Positions 13,001 through 18,939 of a stretch of DNA of 64,000 nucleotides are shown piece after piece. The stretch comes from Clostridia bacterium (GTDB taxonomy: Bacteria > Bacillota > Peptococcia > DRI-13 > SM3-B62): contig JAHDQS010000045.1 of the NCBI GenBank assembly GCA_018433675.1, positions 70,356-134,355 on the forward strand, given 5' to 3'. The number at the start of each line of letters is the position of its first letter. The stretch's first letter is position 1. A program made the translations under genes and the position numbers. Below the pieces are notes generated by a model that searched no databases, had not been told where the DNA came from, and saw nothing but the letters and a program-made list of their open reading frames with translations.

Positions 13001-16000
13001 GAGAGCTAAGCAGCTATTAGCGCTGCTCGAAAGGGAGGAGGCACAAACAGGCGGCGGATTAAAGGAAATGGCCTATACCCTGCAGGTGGGGCGTACGCCC
13101 ATGGAGGAGAGACTGGGTATCGTTGTTTCTTCCCGGCAGGAGCTTGCGGAGAAGCTGCAGGATTTCCTAAGTGAAAAGCAGGGAATCCACGGTCTTTACC
13201 GGGGGCAGGTCAAACGCAAAAAAGAGGCGCTGGCAGTGCTGGCTGAGGACGAGGAAATGCAGGAGACCCTCAGTAAATGGATGCAGCGCAAGAAGTATGG
13301 CCGGATCTTGGAAATGTGGGTCCAGGGGTTGGATTTTGACTGGAAACAGCTGTACCAAGGGGAGAACCCCCGTCGGATAAGCCTTCCCACCTATCCCTTT
13401 GCCAAGGAGAGCTATTGGCAAAAGGGCGACCAAAAGGTTTCTGCCGGGGTAGAACACCTCCATCCGCTGTTGCACCGCAACACCTCGGATTTGACGGAAC
13501 AACGTTTTAGTACGGTGTTTACGGGGCAAGAGTCCTTCCTGACAGATCATGTAATAAAGGGTAAGAACATTCTGCCGGGGGTCGTCTGTTTAGAAATGGC
13601 TAGGGCGGCGGCAGAACATGCCGGGGCGGTTTTGTGGGGTGAAAAAGCGGCGGTGAGGCTGCAAAAGGTGGTGTGGCTGCGACCGTTGGTCGTGGAAGAG
13701 GATCCGGTGGAAGTAAATATCGGCCTGTACCCTCAGGAAAACGGTGAGATCGCTTTTGAAGTCTACAGCGGGACAGACGGGGGAACAGAAGAAAACAATG
13801 AGCCTGTCGTCTTTTGCCGGGGCGAAGTGAAGGGTTTTCCCTCTCTGACGGGAGGAAGATGCGAGATAGCGGCCCTGCAGGAGGCCTGTGGGCAAAGAAT
13901 CATGACTAAGGAAGAGTGTTACGAAGCCTTTTGCGGCATGGGGCTGGAATACGGACCGGGGCAGCAAGGCCTGGAGAGGATTGAAGCAGGTCAGGGGCAA
14001 GCCTTGGCCAGGCTCTCTTTGGCCTCTGTCGGGGCAACCCCGGCGGCGGGCAGTGTGCGATCAGGGTACGTGCTGTCTCCGGGTATCATGGATGCCGCCT
14101 TGCAGTCCATTCTGGGGTTAACTGACGGACAGGGAGAGTTAAAACCTGCCTTGCCCTTTGCTTTAGAGGAAATGACGGTATTCGGCGCTTTAGTTCCCTC
14201 AATGTGGGCGTATGTGCGGTACAGCGAGGGCAGCAACGCCGAGGAACGGATTCGCAAGTTCGATATTGATGTGTGTGATGAAGAGGGAAACATCGCAGTG
14301 ATGATTAAAGGCTATTCAACCAGAGAGATGGCAGGCGGTGTGGAGCTGAAGGCTCTGCCCCCTGCGGAGACATTTTTACTGAAGCCTGCTTGGCGGGAAA
14401 AAGCTGTCGCTGGGGAAAACAACGAAAACGAAAAGGGCGGGGCAGCGAAGATTACGATGCAGCGGTTGATTATCTTCTGCGAACCGTCAGAGGAATTCAC
14501 ACAGCGTTATCACCAAAAAGGCGAGAGTTTTATCGAGGGAGGACGCACTTTGCTTTTTACTTCCCGGCAAAAGAGCCTTGCAGATAGGTTTCAGGAATAT
14601 GCCGCCGGTCTTTTGGAGGAAATCAAAAAGATGTGCCGTCAGAAGACAGAAGACGAGGTGCTGATACAAGTGGTGGTTTCCCCGGGGAAAAAGAGACAGC
14701 AGCCTAAAGAGGCAGAGGTTTTTGGAGCTTTGGCGGCTATGCTGAAAACAGCCCGGCTGGAGAATTTCCGGATCAGGGGACAAGTGATCGCAACAAAGGA
14801 TTTGAGGGATATCGAAAGGCTCCTGGCGGAAAACAGCAAAAGCCCCCTGGAGACAAACATCAGCTACCGGGAAGGCAAACGTTTGGTGGAGTCTTGGCAG
14901 GAGGAAGGTGAGCCGGTCAAGGCCAAGGCTGCCATTCCTTGGCGGGAAGGAGGCCGGTATTTGATTACCGGCGGTTTGGGCGGCCTGGGATTTATTGTAG
15001 CCCGGGACATTGCCCAGAAAGCCAAAGGTTCGTTAATTATTCTCACAGGCAGATCCCAACTTGACGGTCACAAGAAGACGAAGCTGCAGGAACTGGAAAG
15101 GTTAGGGGATACTGAAAAAAAAGGCGTGCGGATAGAGTACAGGCAGTTGGACGTTAGCGACCGGCAGGCGGTGACCGGTCTGTTTACAGAGATCAGAGAG
15201 GAATTCGGCGGTTTGGAAGGGATCATCCACAGCGCCGGAGTCATTCGTGACAGCCTGATTCTCAAGAAGACAAAAGAGAACCTTTTAGAGGTGCTGTTGC
15301 CTAAAACAACGGGCTTGGTCAATCTTGATGAAGCGAGTAAGGATCTGTCCCTTGATTTTATCGTGGCCTTTTCCTCGCTAACCGGTGCGTTTGGCAACGT
15401 GGGACAGGTCGGTTATGCTGCCGCCAACGCTTTTATGGATGCCTATGCCGTTTACCGGAAGGAGCTGACGATGAAAAAGCAGCGTCAGGGCAGGATGATT
15501 TCCATCGGTTGGCCCCTTTGGGAAGAGGGCGGCATGAAAGTGGATGAGGCAACCGGGGCGGGGATGAAAGACAGGACCGGACTGGTTCCTTTAGACAGTG
15601 AGAGCGGTCTGCGAGCCTTTTATCAAGCCGTGGCTTCCGGGGAGGAAAGGGTGCTGGTGGTTAAGGGAGACACTACTGAGATTAAGGAGAAGCTGATTCG
15701 GTCGGATGAAGGCACAGCTACGGGTGCAGCCTGTGAAACAAAACAGGAACAGAGTGAGGAAAAAGCAGGAGGGCTGGAGAGAGAAACCGCGATATATTTA
15801 AAAACCCTGTTGTCGGAAGTGCTCAAGCTGCCTCCTGAGAAGATTGATGAAGAGGCGCCTCTGGAGAAGTATGGGATAGATTCTGTCATGGTTATGCAGC
15901 TGACCACTGAATTGGAAAAAACCTTTGGGACATTGTCTAAAACCCTGTTTTTCGAGTATCAGAGTATCTTAGAGCTGGCGCAATACTTTCTTGATCACCA

Positions 16001-18938
16001 CCGGGGGCATTTGTCCCGGCTATCAAGGAAAAACGCGGAGCAGGCGGCAGTGAGTTATGACAAAAATGAAGGGTATAAAGAGACGGCGGCGGTAAGTATG
16101 ATGCCAGAAGGCCGAAGACGGTCGCGTATGGCCCGCTTTGTGGGCGGTGAGAAGCCAGGTGCAATGGAGATCGCTATTGTGGGTTTGGCGGGGCGCTATC
16201 CCGGGGCGAGAAACCTCAGGGAGTTCTGGCAGAACCTTTGTCAGGGGGTGGATTCCATCACGGAGATTCCCCGGGAGCGCTGGGAGCACAGTCGGTACTA
16301 CGATGAAGAGAAAGGTAAGCCGGGGAAAACATACAGCAAATGGGGTGGATTTCTGGAGGGTGCGGCGGAATTTGATCCCCTCTTTTTTAACATCACGCCA
16401 TACGAGGCTGAATTAATGGATCCCCAGGGGAGGCTGTTTTTGCAATGTGCCCATGAGGCCTTGGAAGATGCGGGTTACACCCGGGAAAGACTGAAAAGAA
16501 ACCGGGGCCAAGGGTTGGAAGGCAATGTAGGTGTTTACGTGGGTGTAATGAACGAAGACTATGCGCTTTTGGGAGCCCGGGAACAGGCTTGGGGCAAGCC
16601 GGTGGTTCTGGCGGGCAATCCTTCGGCGATTGCCAATAGGGTTTCATATTTCTACAATTTCCATGGCCCGAGTATGGCTGTGGATACCATGTGTTCATCC
16701 TCCCTGACGGCCATTCATTTGGCCTGCCGGGGAATACAAAAGGGCGAGTGTGAAATGGCTTTGGCCGGGGGGGTCAATCTTTCCCTGCATCCCGGTAAAT
16801 ACATCATGCTCGGACAGAACAACTTTGTCTCCAGTAAAGGACGGTGCGAGAGCTTCGGGGAGGGAGGCGACGGTTACGTGCCCGGTGAAGGCGTGGGCGC
16901 TATCCTTCTTAAACCGCTGGCCAGGGCTGTTGCGGAACAAGATCAGATTTATGGGGTTATTAAGGCCACGGCGGTCAATCACGGCGGGAAAACCAACGGC
17001 TACACCGTTCCTAATCCCCAAGCCCAAGCCGATGTGATCGGCAGGGTTTTCCGGGAGGCCGATATTGATCCCCGGACCATCAGTTATGTAGAAGCCCACG
17101 GGACAGGGACGATCCTGGGGGATCCCATTGAGATAACCGGCTTGAGTAAAGCCATTCGGGAGTATACTCAAGATGCGCAGTTTTGTGCCATCGGTTCCGT
17201 CAAGTCAAACATCGGACACGGTGAAAGTGCGGCAGGAATTGCCGGGTTGACAAAGGTGCTGCTGCAGTTGAAGCATGGCTGTCTGGTACCTTCGCTCCAC
17301 TCCGCCACGCTGAATTCTCACATCGATTTTGCCCAGAGTCCCTTTATTGTTCAGCAGGAATTGGCAGAGTGGGAACGGCCCCTGCTCGAAGAGGGCGGAA
17401 AGATGAAAGAATATCCCCGTCTGGCAGGGGTTTCGGCCTTTGGGGCGGGAGGATCTAATGCTCATTTAGTGGTGGAAGAATACCGGGAGCGGGACGAACT
17501 GCAAACGAGGGGCAGTGAATTTGCAGGGCCGGTTGCGGTGGTGTTGTCGGCAAAAAATGAGGCGAGGCTGAAGGAGCAGGCAGGACAGCTTATTACTTTT
17601 CTTGAGGAGCAGGGGACCGATGGGGTCGCTTTGCACGATCTAGCCTATACCCTGCAGTCCGGGCGGGAAGCGCTGGAAGAACGTTTGGCCTTGGTGGCAG
17701 GAACGATTCCGGAGTTGGTGGAGAAATTAAAGGGCTTTTTGGAGGGTAAGGAAGAAACTGAGCTTTATCGAGGACAGGTGAGAGTAAGGGACGGTCGGCC
17801 GGCAGATATTGCGGCGGATGAGGATCTGGAGAAAACCGTTGCTGCCTGGATCGCCAAGAAAAAGTACGGCAAACTGCTGGAGTTCTGGGTTCAGGGGGCG
17901 GCGATTGATTGGGAAAGGCTCTATGAAGGGGCGAAACCAAGACGTATCAGTCTTCCCACCTATCCCTTCGCGCAAGAAGAGTATTGGGCACCGCAGCCGG
18001 AGGGAGGGAAAACCGCAGATGAGGCGGCAGCAACGGGTAGTTCGGCGGTGCTCCATCCTCTGGTCCACCGGAATACCTCTGATTTTAAGGAGCAGCGGTA
18101 CAGTAGCCGCTTTACGGGCAGTGAATCCTTCTTGACCGGGCACATAGTGCAGGGCAAGGCTATCCTTCCCGGAATTGCCTATCTGGAAATGGCACGGGTA
18201 GCCCGGGAACAGGCCTTAGGAGAAGGTGACAGTCTTTCGGCGGGACTCCGGTTTAAGAAGATGGTCTGGTCACGCCCACTGGCGGCGGCGGAACAAACGG
18301 GCCCGGTACACATCAGGCTTTTCCGCAAAGAAAGGGAGGAAGTCGCTTATGAGATTTACCGTACTTCATCCCCAAAAGGCGGGGAAGTGTTGGTAGCTGG
18401 TCAGGGTGTCATGGCCGGCGAAAAGGGACTGAAAGGCTCCAGGCTGGAGATAGAAGAATTAAAAAGTCAGTGTGACCAGAGTGTTATGGATGCAAACCAA
18501 TATTATGAATCCTGGCGGAAGAAGGGATATGCTTTCAGCCCGATGTACCGGGGGCTGGAGAAGCTCTATCTGGGGAGGGATCAGGCGCTGGCCAAGGTGA
18601 GTCTGCCAACGCCTTTCTCCGACAGACCGGAACGATATGGACTGCATCCCGCTTTGTTGGAGGCAGCCCTGCAGGTTGGTGTAGTGCTGAACAATGGGGT
18701 GGAGAGATTTGGGCCGCTCTTGCCCTTGGCGTTAGAGGAGATGGAGTTTTACGGCACGTGTCCTCCGGTTTTGTGGGTGCTGGTCAGCCGTGCCGAGGGA
18801 GAACAAAGAAAAGGAAATCTGCTGAAGCTCAATCTTAGGCTGGCCGCTGAGGATGGAGCTCTCTGGGCAGCGGCCGAGGGTTTTACGGTCAAGCCGACAA
18901 ATGTGCCGGTGTTTGAACCGGATAAGGGGGGTGTTTGA
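1..18938 (+). CDS. trans-AT type I polyketide synthase subunit 1 (5' end upstream of window): KR / KS-DH-KR-ACP / KS-DH-KR-cMT-ACP / KS-DH-KR-ACP / KS-DH
   Basis: 6307-codon ORF; the frame stays open back to nt 3. Four complete KS with Cys/His/His motifs, each followed by an AT-less flanking region ending LPTYPFA. No acyltransferase domain. Confidence 0.95.
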   Translation, partial: AKGQVLLQLLAEAGEGGQLAYACGGLLRTARLENPKINGQIITVEQLSGQPVKTVARLLQREAAGCRDGCLEVCYRGEPLRRYRKKLREITAKAEKRASWLKENGVYLITGGLGGLGLLLAGYLAGKSKVKLALLGRKELSIKTEESLRQLRKKGAEVLYRQVDAGNKEDVVKVVEDIRKTLGPLAGVFHCAGVLKDKVIIQKGQDEIKEVFRPKVHGLWNLDEAVGSEKLDFFVAFSSLSAVLGNLGQADYAGANAFMDSFAELRRLRVEKGERYGRTMTVNWPLWSAGGMRVDYETEKKFYHDLGLSLLPTVFGLWALEAVMAQEEAQSVVLYGHEERIKKHLDGYNEGGEATAVGENSGAGTEAEIWLGEDRKSVDTDEVAIIGLAGRYPRSETIEEYYRNLREGKDCITGFPRERWKNYRFSYDVEKFYRYGGFLKGIDCFDPLFFNISPRQAERMDPQARLFLETAWEACEDAGWCQDRLSHHYPSSSEKSVGVFVGVFWSHYELFGAEITQRGMPLSFGIGSAAIANWVSYCLNLHGPSMAVDSMCSSSLTALHLACESLRKGECHYAIAGGVNLVTHPHKYIALQEAGFLASDGVSRSFGKGGDGYVPGEGVGAVLVTTLSRAEREGYPIYGVIKGSALNHVGKTAGVTVPDPVAQAEVIADAIKRAGVDPRTIGYLEAHGTGTSLGDPIEVQGLQRAFAKWTVDKQFCAIGSCKSNIGHLEAAAGMAGLTKVLLQFKHREIFPSLHARELNPHIPFAETPFVVVQELRKWEPYSAGTDKGSVVHPRRAGISAFGANGSNAHLILEEYIRPEQVRLKEGPTAARLLVPLSAASKGQLLRYAEKLLAFLLKEEGVGDGNGNPIATAVRATDRLLLEKPETEIQEVLALLLGVEKKEISPEQEFSELTIAYPELLALHQALCTKWGIELAEKTVLSAGSVSELAAEITSRHREELAEDALRRLDPVSLAYTLQVGREALEERVIFLVGNIKELVRELQAFIDRKGEAGNAGSCYVGSVKEDLTEAEESAVAPWFNEGKGERLAELWVRGRKIPWENLYGEVKPRRINLPTYPFARENYWLPEAGVEAAGRMPFLTAGHALHPLLHQNTSDLYEQRYTTSFSGEEFFLADHQVEGKKILPGAACLEMAGAAVVQATGVQGGVVRLKDVVWIRPLVVDEVPLQVEVGLSLGKEGEIAFRIYQGETICSQGTAIVSGEAEGPATVDISKLLEQCGEGVLAAAECYEIFKRMGLEYGPGHQGLEEIHLGKEQVLARLVLPSFLEDTLDEYVLHPGMLDAALQASLGLLTAEAGGRAIDKPLLPFALEEIEIIKGCTCRMWAVVRQSSKSLVGSGSRRYDLELCSDDGSVCARLRGLTMREGTKRELAFYAPIWQESSNAEEGITATGYGQHMAVVCGTDELWCASVTKSLQEQIAGIKCLVIPSPQQEVAARFQACAAMVLEEVADIFKEKASERVLLQVVVPKEGEEQVLAGLSGLLRTARLENPRLVGQVVEMPGQIEGTGVAKILRENAARPHEDWVSYRAEKRLVKCWQEVTSTYKKEKMPWQKGGIYLLSGGAGGLGRILAEEIVKKVGDVTLILSGRSPLSEKKAARLKELGKKQSRVVYRQADITDKKETVKLIQDIVKEYGPLNGIIHCAGVLRDSFIINKTGEELREVLAPKVAGLVNLDEASKDLQLDFFLLFSSGAAVLGNVGQADYAAANAFMDMYASLRQDLVNKGQRRGRTLSLNWPLWKDGGMQPDERTAGFIEESMGMAVLTTEEGIRALYRSFAGEENQVMVAGSEFRLPAFLRGEKEVKAENTVGYAGGEGAGESTEGIVPEKVEGFLKKLLSVELKLPPERIEADALLEKYGIDSVMVLRLTNELEKTFGSLSKTLFFEYRSIRELSGYFLEFHRGRLLELIKTGQDTPAATMRRNGGTLRIAGGNSKASETYGQQRFLTKADSAGLGNKIAPQNRDIAVIGLAGRYPGARNIREFWRVLREGRDCITEIPRERWNHSQYYDEEKGRLDKTYSKWGGFLEGVDEFDSLFFNISPREAELMDPQTRLFLECAYAAIEDAGYTRRSLAQRSMAGLKGNVGVYVGVMYEDYLLYGAQGEKRENGGALFPNTSSIANRVSYSGDFHGPSMVVNTMCSSSLTSLHLACRGLQRGECEVALAGGVNLSLHPLKYLSLAQANFLSSKGRCESFGKDGDGYVPGEGVGAVLLKPLVQAEEDGDHIYGVIKGTVLNHGGKTNGYTVPNPQAQSAVIISALEEAGINPRLLSYLEAHGTGTILGDPIEINALTAAFRKYTRDVGFCAIGSVKSNIGHCESAAGIAGVTKVLLQLKYGRLVPSLHSEMLNPHIDFDRTPFVVQREGAEWKGSPARIAGVSSFGAGGANAHVLIAEYIPEKESKEGTKGTVPVVPVVLSAKNEERLREQAAQLAEVLATEEYMSAELADVAYTLQVGREAMTERLGIIAGSVMELADKLRGFAKDGDGSEGVYRGQAKGGQEEFALFSSDEDMQEAVDKWITGQKYAQLLQMWVKGFAFDWRKLYPGRRPCRISLPTYPFARERFPLPEIGGSRAGGVSALHPLLACNTSDLSEQRYTTVFTGQEFFLSDHVVNGRRILPGVVYLEMARAAVALAAGDFHGREESWSWQNIVWSRPCEVSDIPKEVHVGLYPAGEKEISFEIYSAATEDPEARVVYSQGSGVLLLLQEPELLDIEGWKQACSREVILAEDCYEAFREMGIEYGPGHRGIERIYQGEGVVLAKLALPAAVSGTLEQYVLHPALLDAALQAAVGFSLKESAPPTPALPFALDSLEVFGSCTPVMWALLRVREQDLGRSERHGIEIELSDAQGVVRARMKGLVTRPVADKKAPTETADVNPAREATSPGGKVMLLPVWDAVTPAKGREFPSATQRVVIIGGQSGLLEAVQLQYPQGAVLSLQSGEGVEEITKKLADQGEVEHLIWLPLVTRNGPPEDEALFKEQKAEVIQVLRIIKALLGLGYGDKELGWTLLTMGNQAAVQGLSGVLAKEYPHWQVRVVDLETCDDLPLAEVFKILPDPQGEPLLYRKGEWLRQKLIPLKYVGEKQTLYREGGVYVVIGGAGGIGEVWSEYMIKTYRAQIIWLGRRKQDHKIEEKIERLARLGPAPLYIQADATRLEDMEQAYGLIKERYAQVNGVVHAAIVLRDGTLANMQESDFLEAFEAKADVCLRLAQVFKGVKPDFVLFFSSAQSFAKPPGQGNYTAGCLFKDAFAKRITREWGCPGKVMNWGYWSQVGAVASSNYERRMAQAGIAPIVPNEAMEALEGLLSGSGEQCVLINTTKPLAMEGVTTKEVITAYPAKLPAVVDHLPREVLPEDSRLQLAAASLKQQEEMEELLGRMLLAKLNVLGVSQQDGIKAEEIANRAGILPSYERWLDESLAKIAQLQGEGSVSTEDEGELWQEWEQKKVSWPENTGLKARAALVEKTLAALPEVLTGKRAAPDVVFPEASFELVDGIYRDNPLADYCNEVLARTVDLYIQELLGQKPKARLRLLEIGAGTGGTTSVVLERLQPYREQIAEYCYTDISRSFLLYGEREFPSRAPYLTCQVFDVEKPPAEQGVAVDHYDLVIAANVLHATRNIRQTLGNVKAVLKQNGLLLINEISERSLFLHLTFGLLEGWWRYEDSLLRIPGCPGLDPQGWQNVLGLEGFRQVFFPAQGAHALGQQIVAGASDGLIRQRLRDEEETISVKSSGPFGVEKQVIPLRITPRQQGSEITDDLLRQRLTAYLRGLVGETLKIAEDKIDTREDFRNYGVDSILVIQLTNALRQVLVDVSTALFFEYPTIDALTEHFLETQRDALLKLWGGEERERQKEGTAQQQERGFSRVYFPDAVPFSSRRQKGRFLQRSEDKDGIAVIGLAGRYPQAEDVHQYWLNLKAGKDCISEIPRERRTEGWSNNWGGFMDDIDKFDPLFFRISPQEAEKMDPQERLFLQTAYACIEDAGYRPERLCPSGKTGVFVGVMNGNYSAGTPYWSIANRVSYCLNLQGPSMAVDTACSSSLTALHLAVESIYNGVSECALAGGVNLVVDPVHYRRLTAMNMLSVQGKCRVFGEGADGFVVGEGVGVVLLKPLAQAIADNDHIYGIIKGTGINAGGKTGGYTVPNPQAQARVVRETLQKSGIQARRISYLEAHGTGTALGDPIEIAGLCRAFGEDTQDTQFCAIGSAKSNIGHAESASGIAGLTKVLLQLQYGQLVPSLHSRKLNPEIDFAGSPFVVQQELKEWKRPVLEIGGARKEYPRIAGISSFGAGGANAHVIVEEYVPREQGVSGTIMNTSEPVMIVLSAQDEERLAARAKQLLALLEREEAQTGGGLKEMAYTLQVGRTPMEERLGIVVSSRQELAEKLQDFLSEKQGIHGLYRGQVKRKKEALAVLAEDEEMQETLSKWMQRKKYGRILEMWVQGLDFDWKQLYQGENPRRISLPTYPFAKESYWQKGDQKVSAGVEHLHPLLHRNTSDLTEQRFSTVFTGQESFLTDHVIKGKNILPGVVCLEMARAAAEHAGAVLWGEKAAVRLQKVVWLRPLVVEEDPVEVNIGLYPQENGEIAFEVYSGTDGGTEENNEPVVFCRGEVKGFPSLTGGRCEIAALQEACGQRIMTKEECYEAFCGMGLEYGPGQQGLERIEAGQGQALARLSLASVGATPAAGSVRSGYVLSPGIMDAALQSILGLTDGQGELKPALPFALEEMTVFGALVPSMWAYVRYSEGSNAEERIRKFDIDVCDEEGNIAVMIKGYSTREMAGGVELKALPPAETFLLKPAWREKAVAGENNENEKGGAAKITMQRLIIFCEPSEEFTQRYHQKGESFIEGGRTLLFTSRQKSLADRFQEYAAGLLEEIKKMCRQKTEDEVLIQVVVSPGKKRQQPKEAEVFGALAAMLKTARLENFRIRGQVIATKDLRDIERLLAENSKSPLETNISYREGKRLVESWQEEGEPVKAKAAIPWREGGRYLITGGLGGLGFIVARDIAQKAKGSLIILTGRSQLDGHKKTKLQELERLGDTEKKGVRIEYRQLDVSDRQAVTGLFTEIREEFGGLEGIIHSAGVIRDSLILKKTKENLLEVLLPKTTGLVNLDEASKDLSLDFIVAFSSLTGAFGNVGQVGYAAANAFMDAYAVYRKELTMKKQRQGRMISIGWPLWEEGGMKVDEATGAGMKDRTGLVPLDSESGLRAFYQAVASGEERVLVVKGDTTEIKEKLIRSDEGTATGAACETKQEQSEEKAGGLERETAIYLKTLLSEVLKLPPEKIDEEAPLEKYGIDSVMVMQLTTELEKTFGTLSKTLFFEYQSILELAQYFLDHHRGHLSRLSRKNAEQAAVSYDKNEGYKETAAVSMMPEGRRRSRMARFVGGEKPGAMEIAIVGLAGRYPGARNLREFWQNLCQGVDSITEIPRERWEHSRYYDEEKGKPGKTYSKWGGFLEGAAEFDPLFFNITPYEAELMDPQGRLFLQCAHEALEDAGYTRERLKRNRGQGLEGNVGVYVGVMNEDYALLGAREQAWGKPVVLAGNPSAIANRVSYFYNFHGPSMAVDTMCSSSLTAIHLACRGIQKGECEMALAGGVNLSLHPGKYIMLGQNNFVSSKGRCESFGEGGDGYVPGEGVGAILLKPLARAVAEQDQIYGVIKATAVNHGGKTNGYTVPNPQAQADVIGRVFREADIDPRTISYVEAHGTGTILGDPIEITGLSKAIREYTQDAQFCAIGSVKSNIGHGESAAGIAGLTKVLLQLKHGCLVPSLHSATLNSHIDFAQSPFIVQQELAEWERPLLEEGGKMKEYPRLAGVSAFGAGGSNAHLVVEEYRERDELQTRGSEFAGPVAVVLSAKNEARLKEQAGQLITFLEEQGTDGVALHDLAYTLQSGREALEERLALVAGTIPELVEKLKGFLEGKEETELYRGQVRVRDGRPADIAADEDLEKTVAAWIAKKKYGKLLEFWVQGAAIDWERLYEGAKPRRISLPTYPFAQEEYWAPQPEGGKTADEAAATGSSAVLHPLVHRNTSDFKEQRYSSRFTGSESFLTGHIVQGKAILPGIAYLEMARVAREQALGEGDSLSAGLRFKKMVWSRPLAAAEQTGPVHIRLFRKEREEVAYEIYRTSSPKGGEVLVAGQGVMAGEKGLKGSRLEIEELKSQCDQSVMDANQYYESWRKKGYAFSPMYRGLEKLYLGRDQALAKVSLPTPFSDRPERYGLHPALLEAALQVGVVLNNGVERFGPLLPLALEEMEFYGTCPPVLWVLVSRAEGEQRKGNLLKLNLRLAAEDGALWAAAEGFTVKPTNVPVFEPDKGGV
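1143..2447 (+). other. PKS domain KS1 (elongating)
   Basis: VAIIGLAGRYP; DSMCSSSL (Cys codon 1656-1658); EAHGTGTSLGDP; KSNIGHLE; ends GSNAHLILEEY. Confidence 0.9.
2581..2915 (+). other. ~110-aa insertion in the KS1 flanking subdomain with a carrier-protein-like, serine-less segment
   Basis: Lies between LLAFLLKEE and VSLAYTLQVGREA, which are ~10 aa apart after KS2-KS6. Contains LLLGVEKKEISPEQEFSELTIAYPELLALHQAL...SVSELAAEI. Confidence 0.5.
3311..4145 (+). other. PKS domain DH1
   Basis: LHPLLHQNTSD; LADHQVEGKKILPG (His codon 3405-3407); YGPGHQG; LHPGMLDAALQ. Confidence 0.9.
4425..5410 (+). other. PKS domain KR1
   Basis: LLRTARLENP; GGIYLLSGGAGGLG; HCAGVLRD; GQADYAAANAF. Confidence 0.9.
5529..5745 (+). 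other. PKS domain ACP1
   Basis: LEKYGIDSVMVLRL (Ser codon 5625-5627). Confidence 0.9.
5931..7217 (+). other. PKS domain KS2 (elongating)
   Basis: NTMCSSSL (Cys codon 6456-6458); EAHGTGTILGDP; SNIGHCE. Confidence 0.9.
7764..8615 (+). other. PKS domain DH2
   Basis: LSDHVVNGRRILPG (His codon 7857-7859); YGPGHRG; LHPALLDAALQ. Confidence 0.9.
8760..10000 (+). other. PKS domain KR2
   Basis: GGVYVVIGGAGGIG (~nt 9294); HAAIVLRD; GQGNYTAGCLF. Confidence 0.85.
10180..11155 (+). other. PKS domain C-methyltransferase (cMT)
   Basis: SAM-binding LLEIGAGTGGTT (~nt 10607-10645); DLVIAANVLHAT. Located between KR2 and ACP2. Confidence 0.85.
11284..11520 (+). other. PKS domain ACP2
   Basis: FRNYGVDSILVIQL (Ser codon 11397-11399). 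Confidence 0.9.
11685..12905 (+). other. PKS domain KS3 (elongating)
   Basis: DTACSSSL (Cys codon 12114-12116); EAHGTGTALGDP; SNIGHAE. Confidence 0.9.
13457..14330 (+). other. PKS domain DH3
   Basis: LTDHVIKGKNILPG (His codon 13548-13550); YGPGQQG; LSPGIMDAALQ. Confidence 0.9.
14650..15670 (+). other. PKS domain KR3
   Basis: MLKTARLENF; GGRYLITGGLGGLG; HSAGVIRD; GQVGYAAANAF. Confidence 0.9.
15787..16005 (+). other. PKS domain ACP3
   Basis: LEKYGIDSVMVMQL (Ser codon 15882-15884). Confidence 0.9.
16168..17482 (+). other. PKS domain KS4 (elongating)
   Basis: DTMCSSSL (Cys codon 16692-16694); EAHGTGTILGDP; SNIGHGE. Confidence 0.9.
18051..18900 (+). other. PKS domain DH4 (variant motifs; C-terminal domain of subunit 1)
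   Basis: LTGHIVQGKAILPG (His codon 18141-18143). The YGP motif reads GYAFSPMYRG, and the Asp motif reads LHPALLEAALQ (Glu where DH1, DH2, DH3 and DH5 have Asp). Confidence 0.8.
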
Positions 18939-18939
18939 G

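Noticed and set aside
18853-18939. Track start of PKS subunit 2 at 18853, and similarly 30455 for subunit 3, implying 86-nt and 68-nt gene overlaps.
   Set aside because: These are simply the first in-frame ATG/GTG inside the upstream gene. The ATGs at 18940 and 30524 sit 1 nt after the preceding stop, behind AAGGGGGG / GGAGGGA, and they coincide with domain starts.
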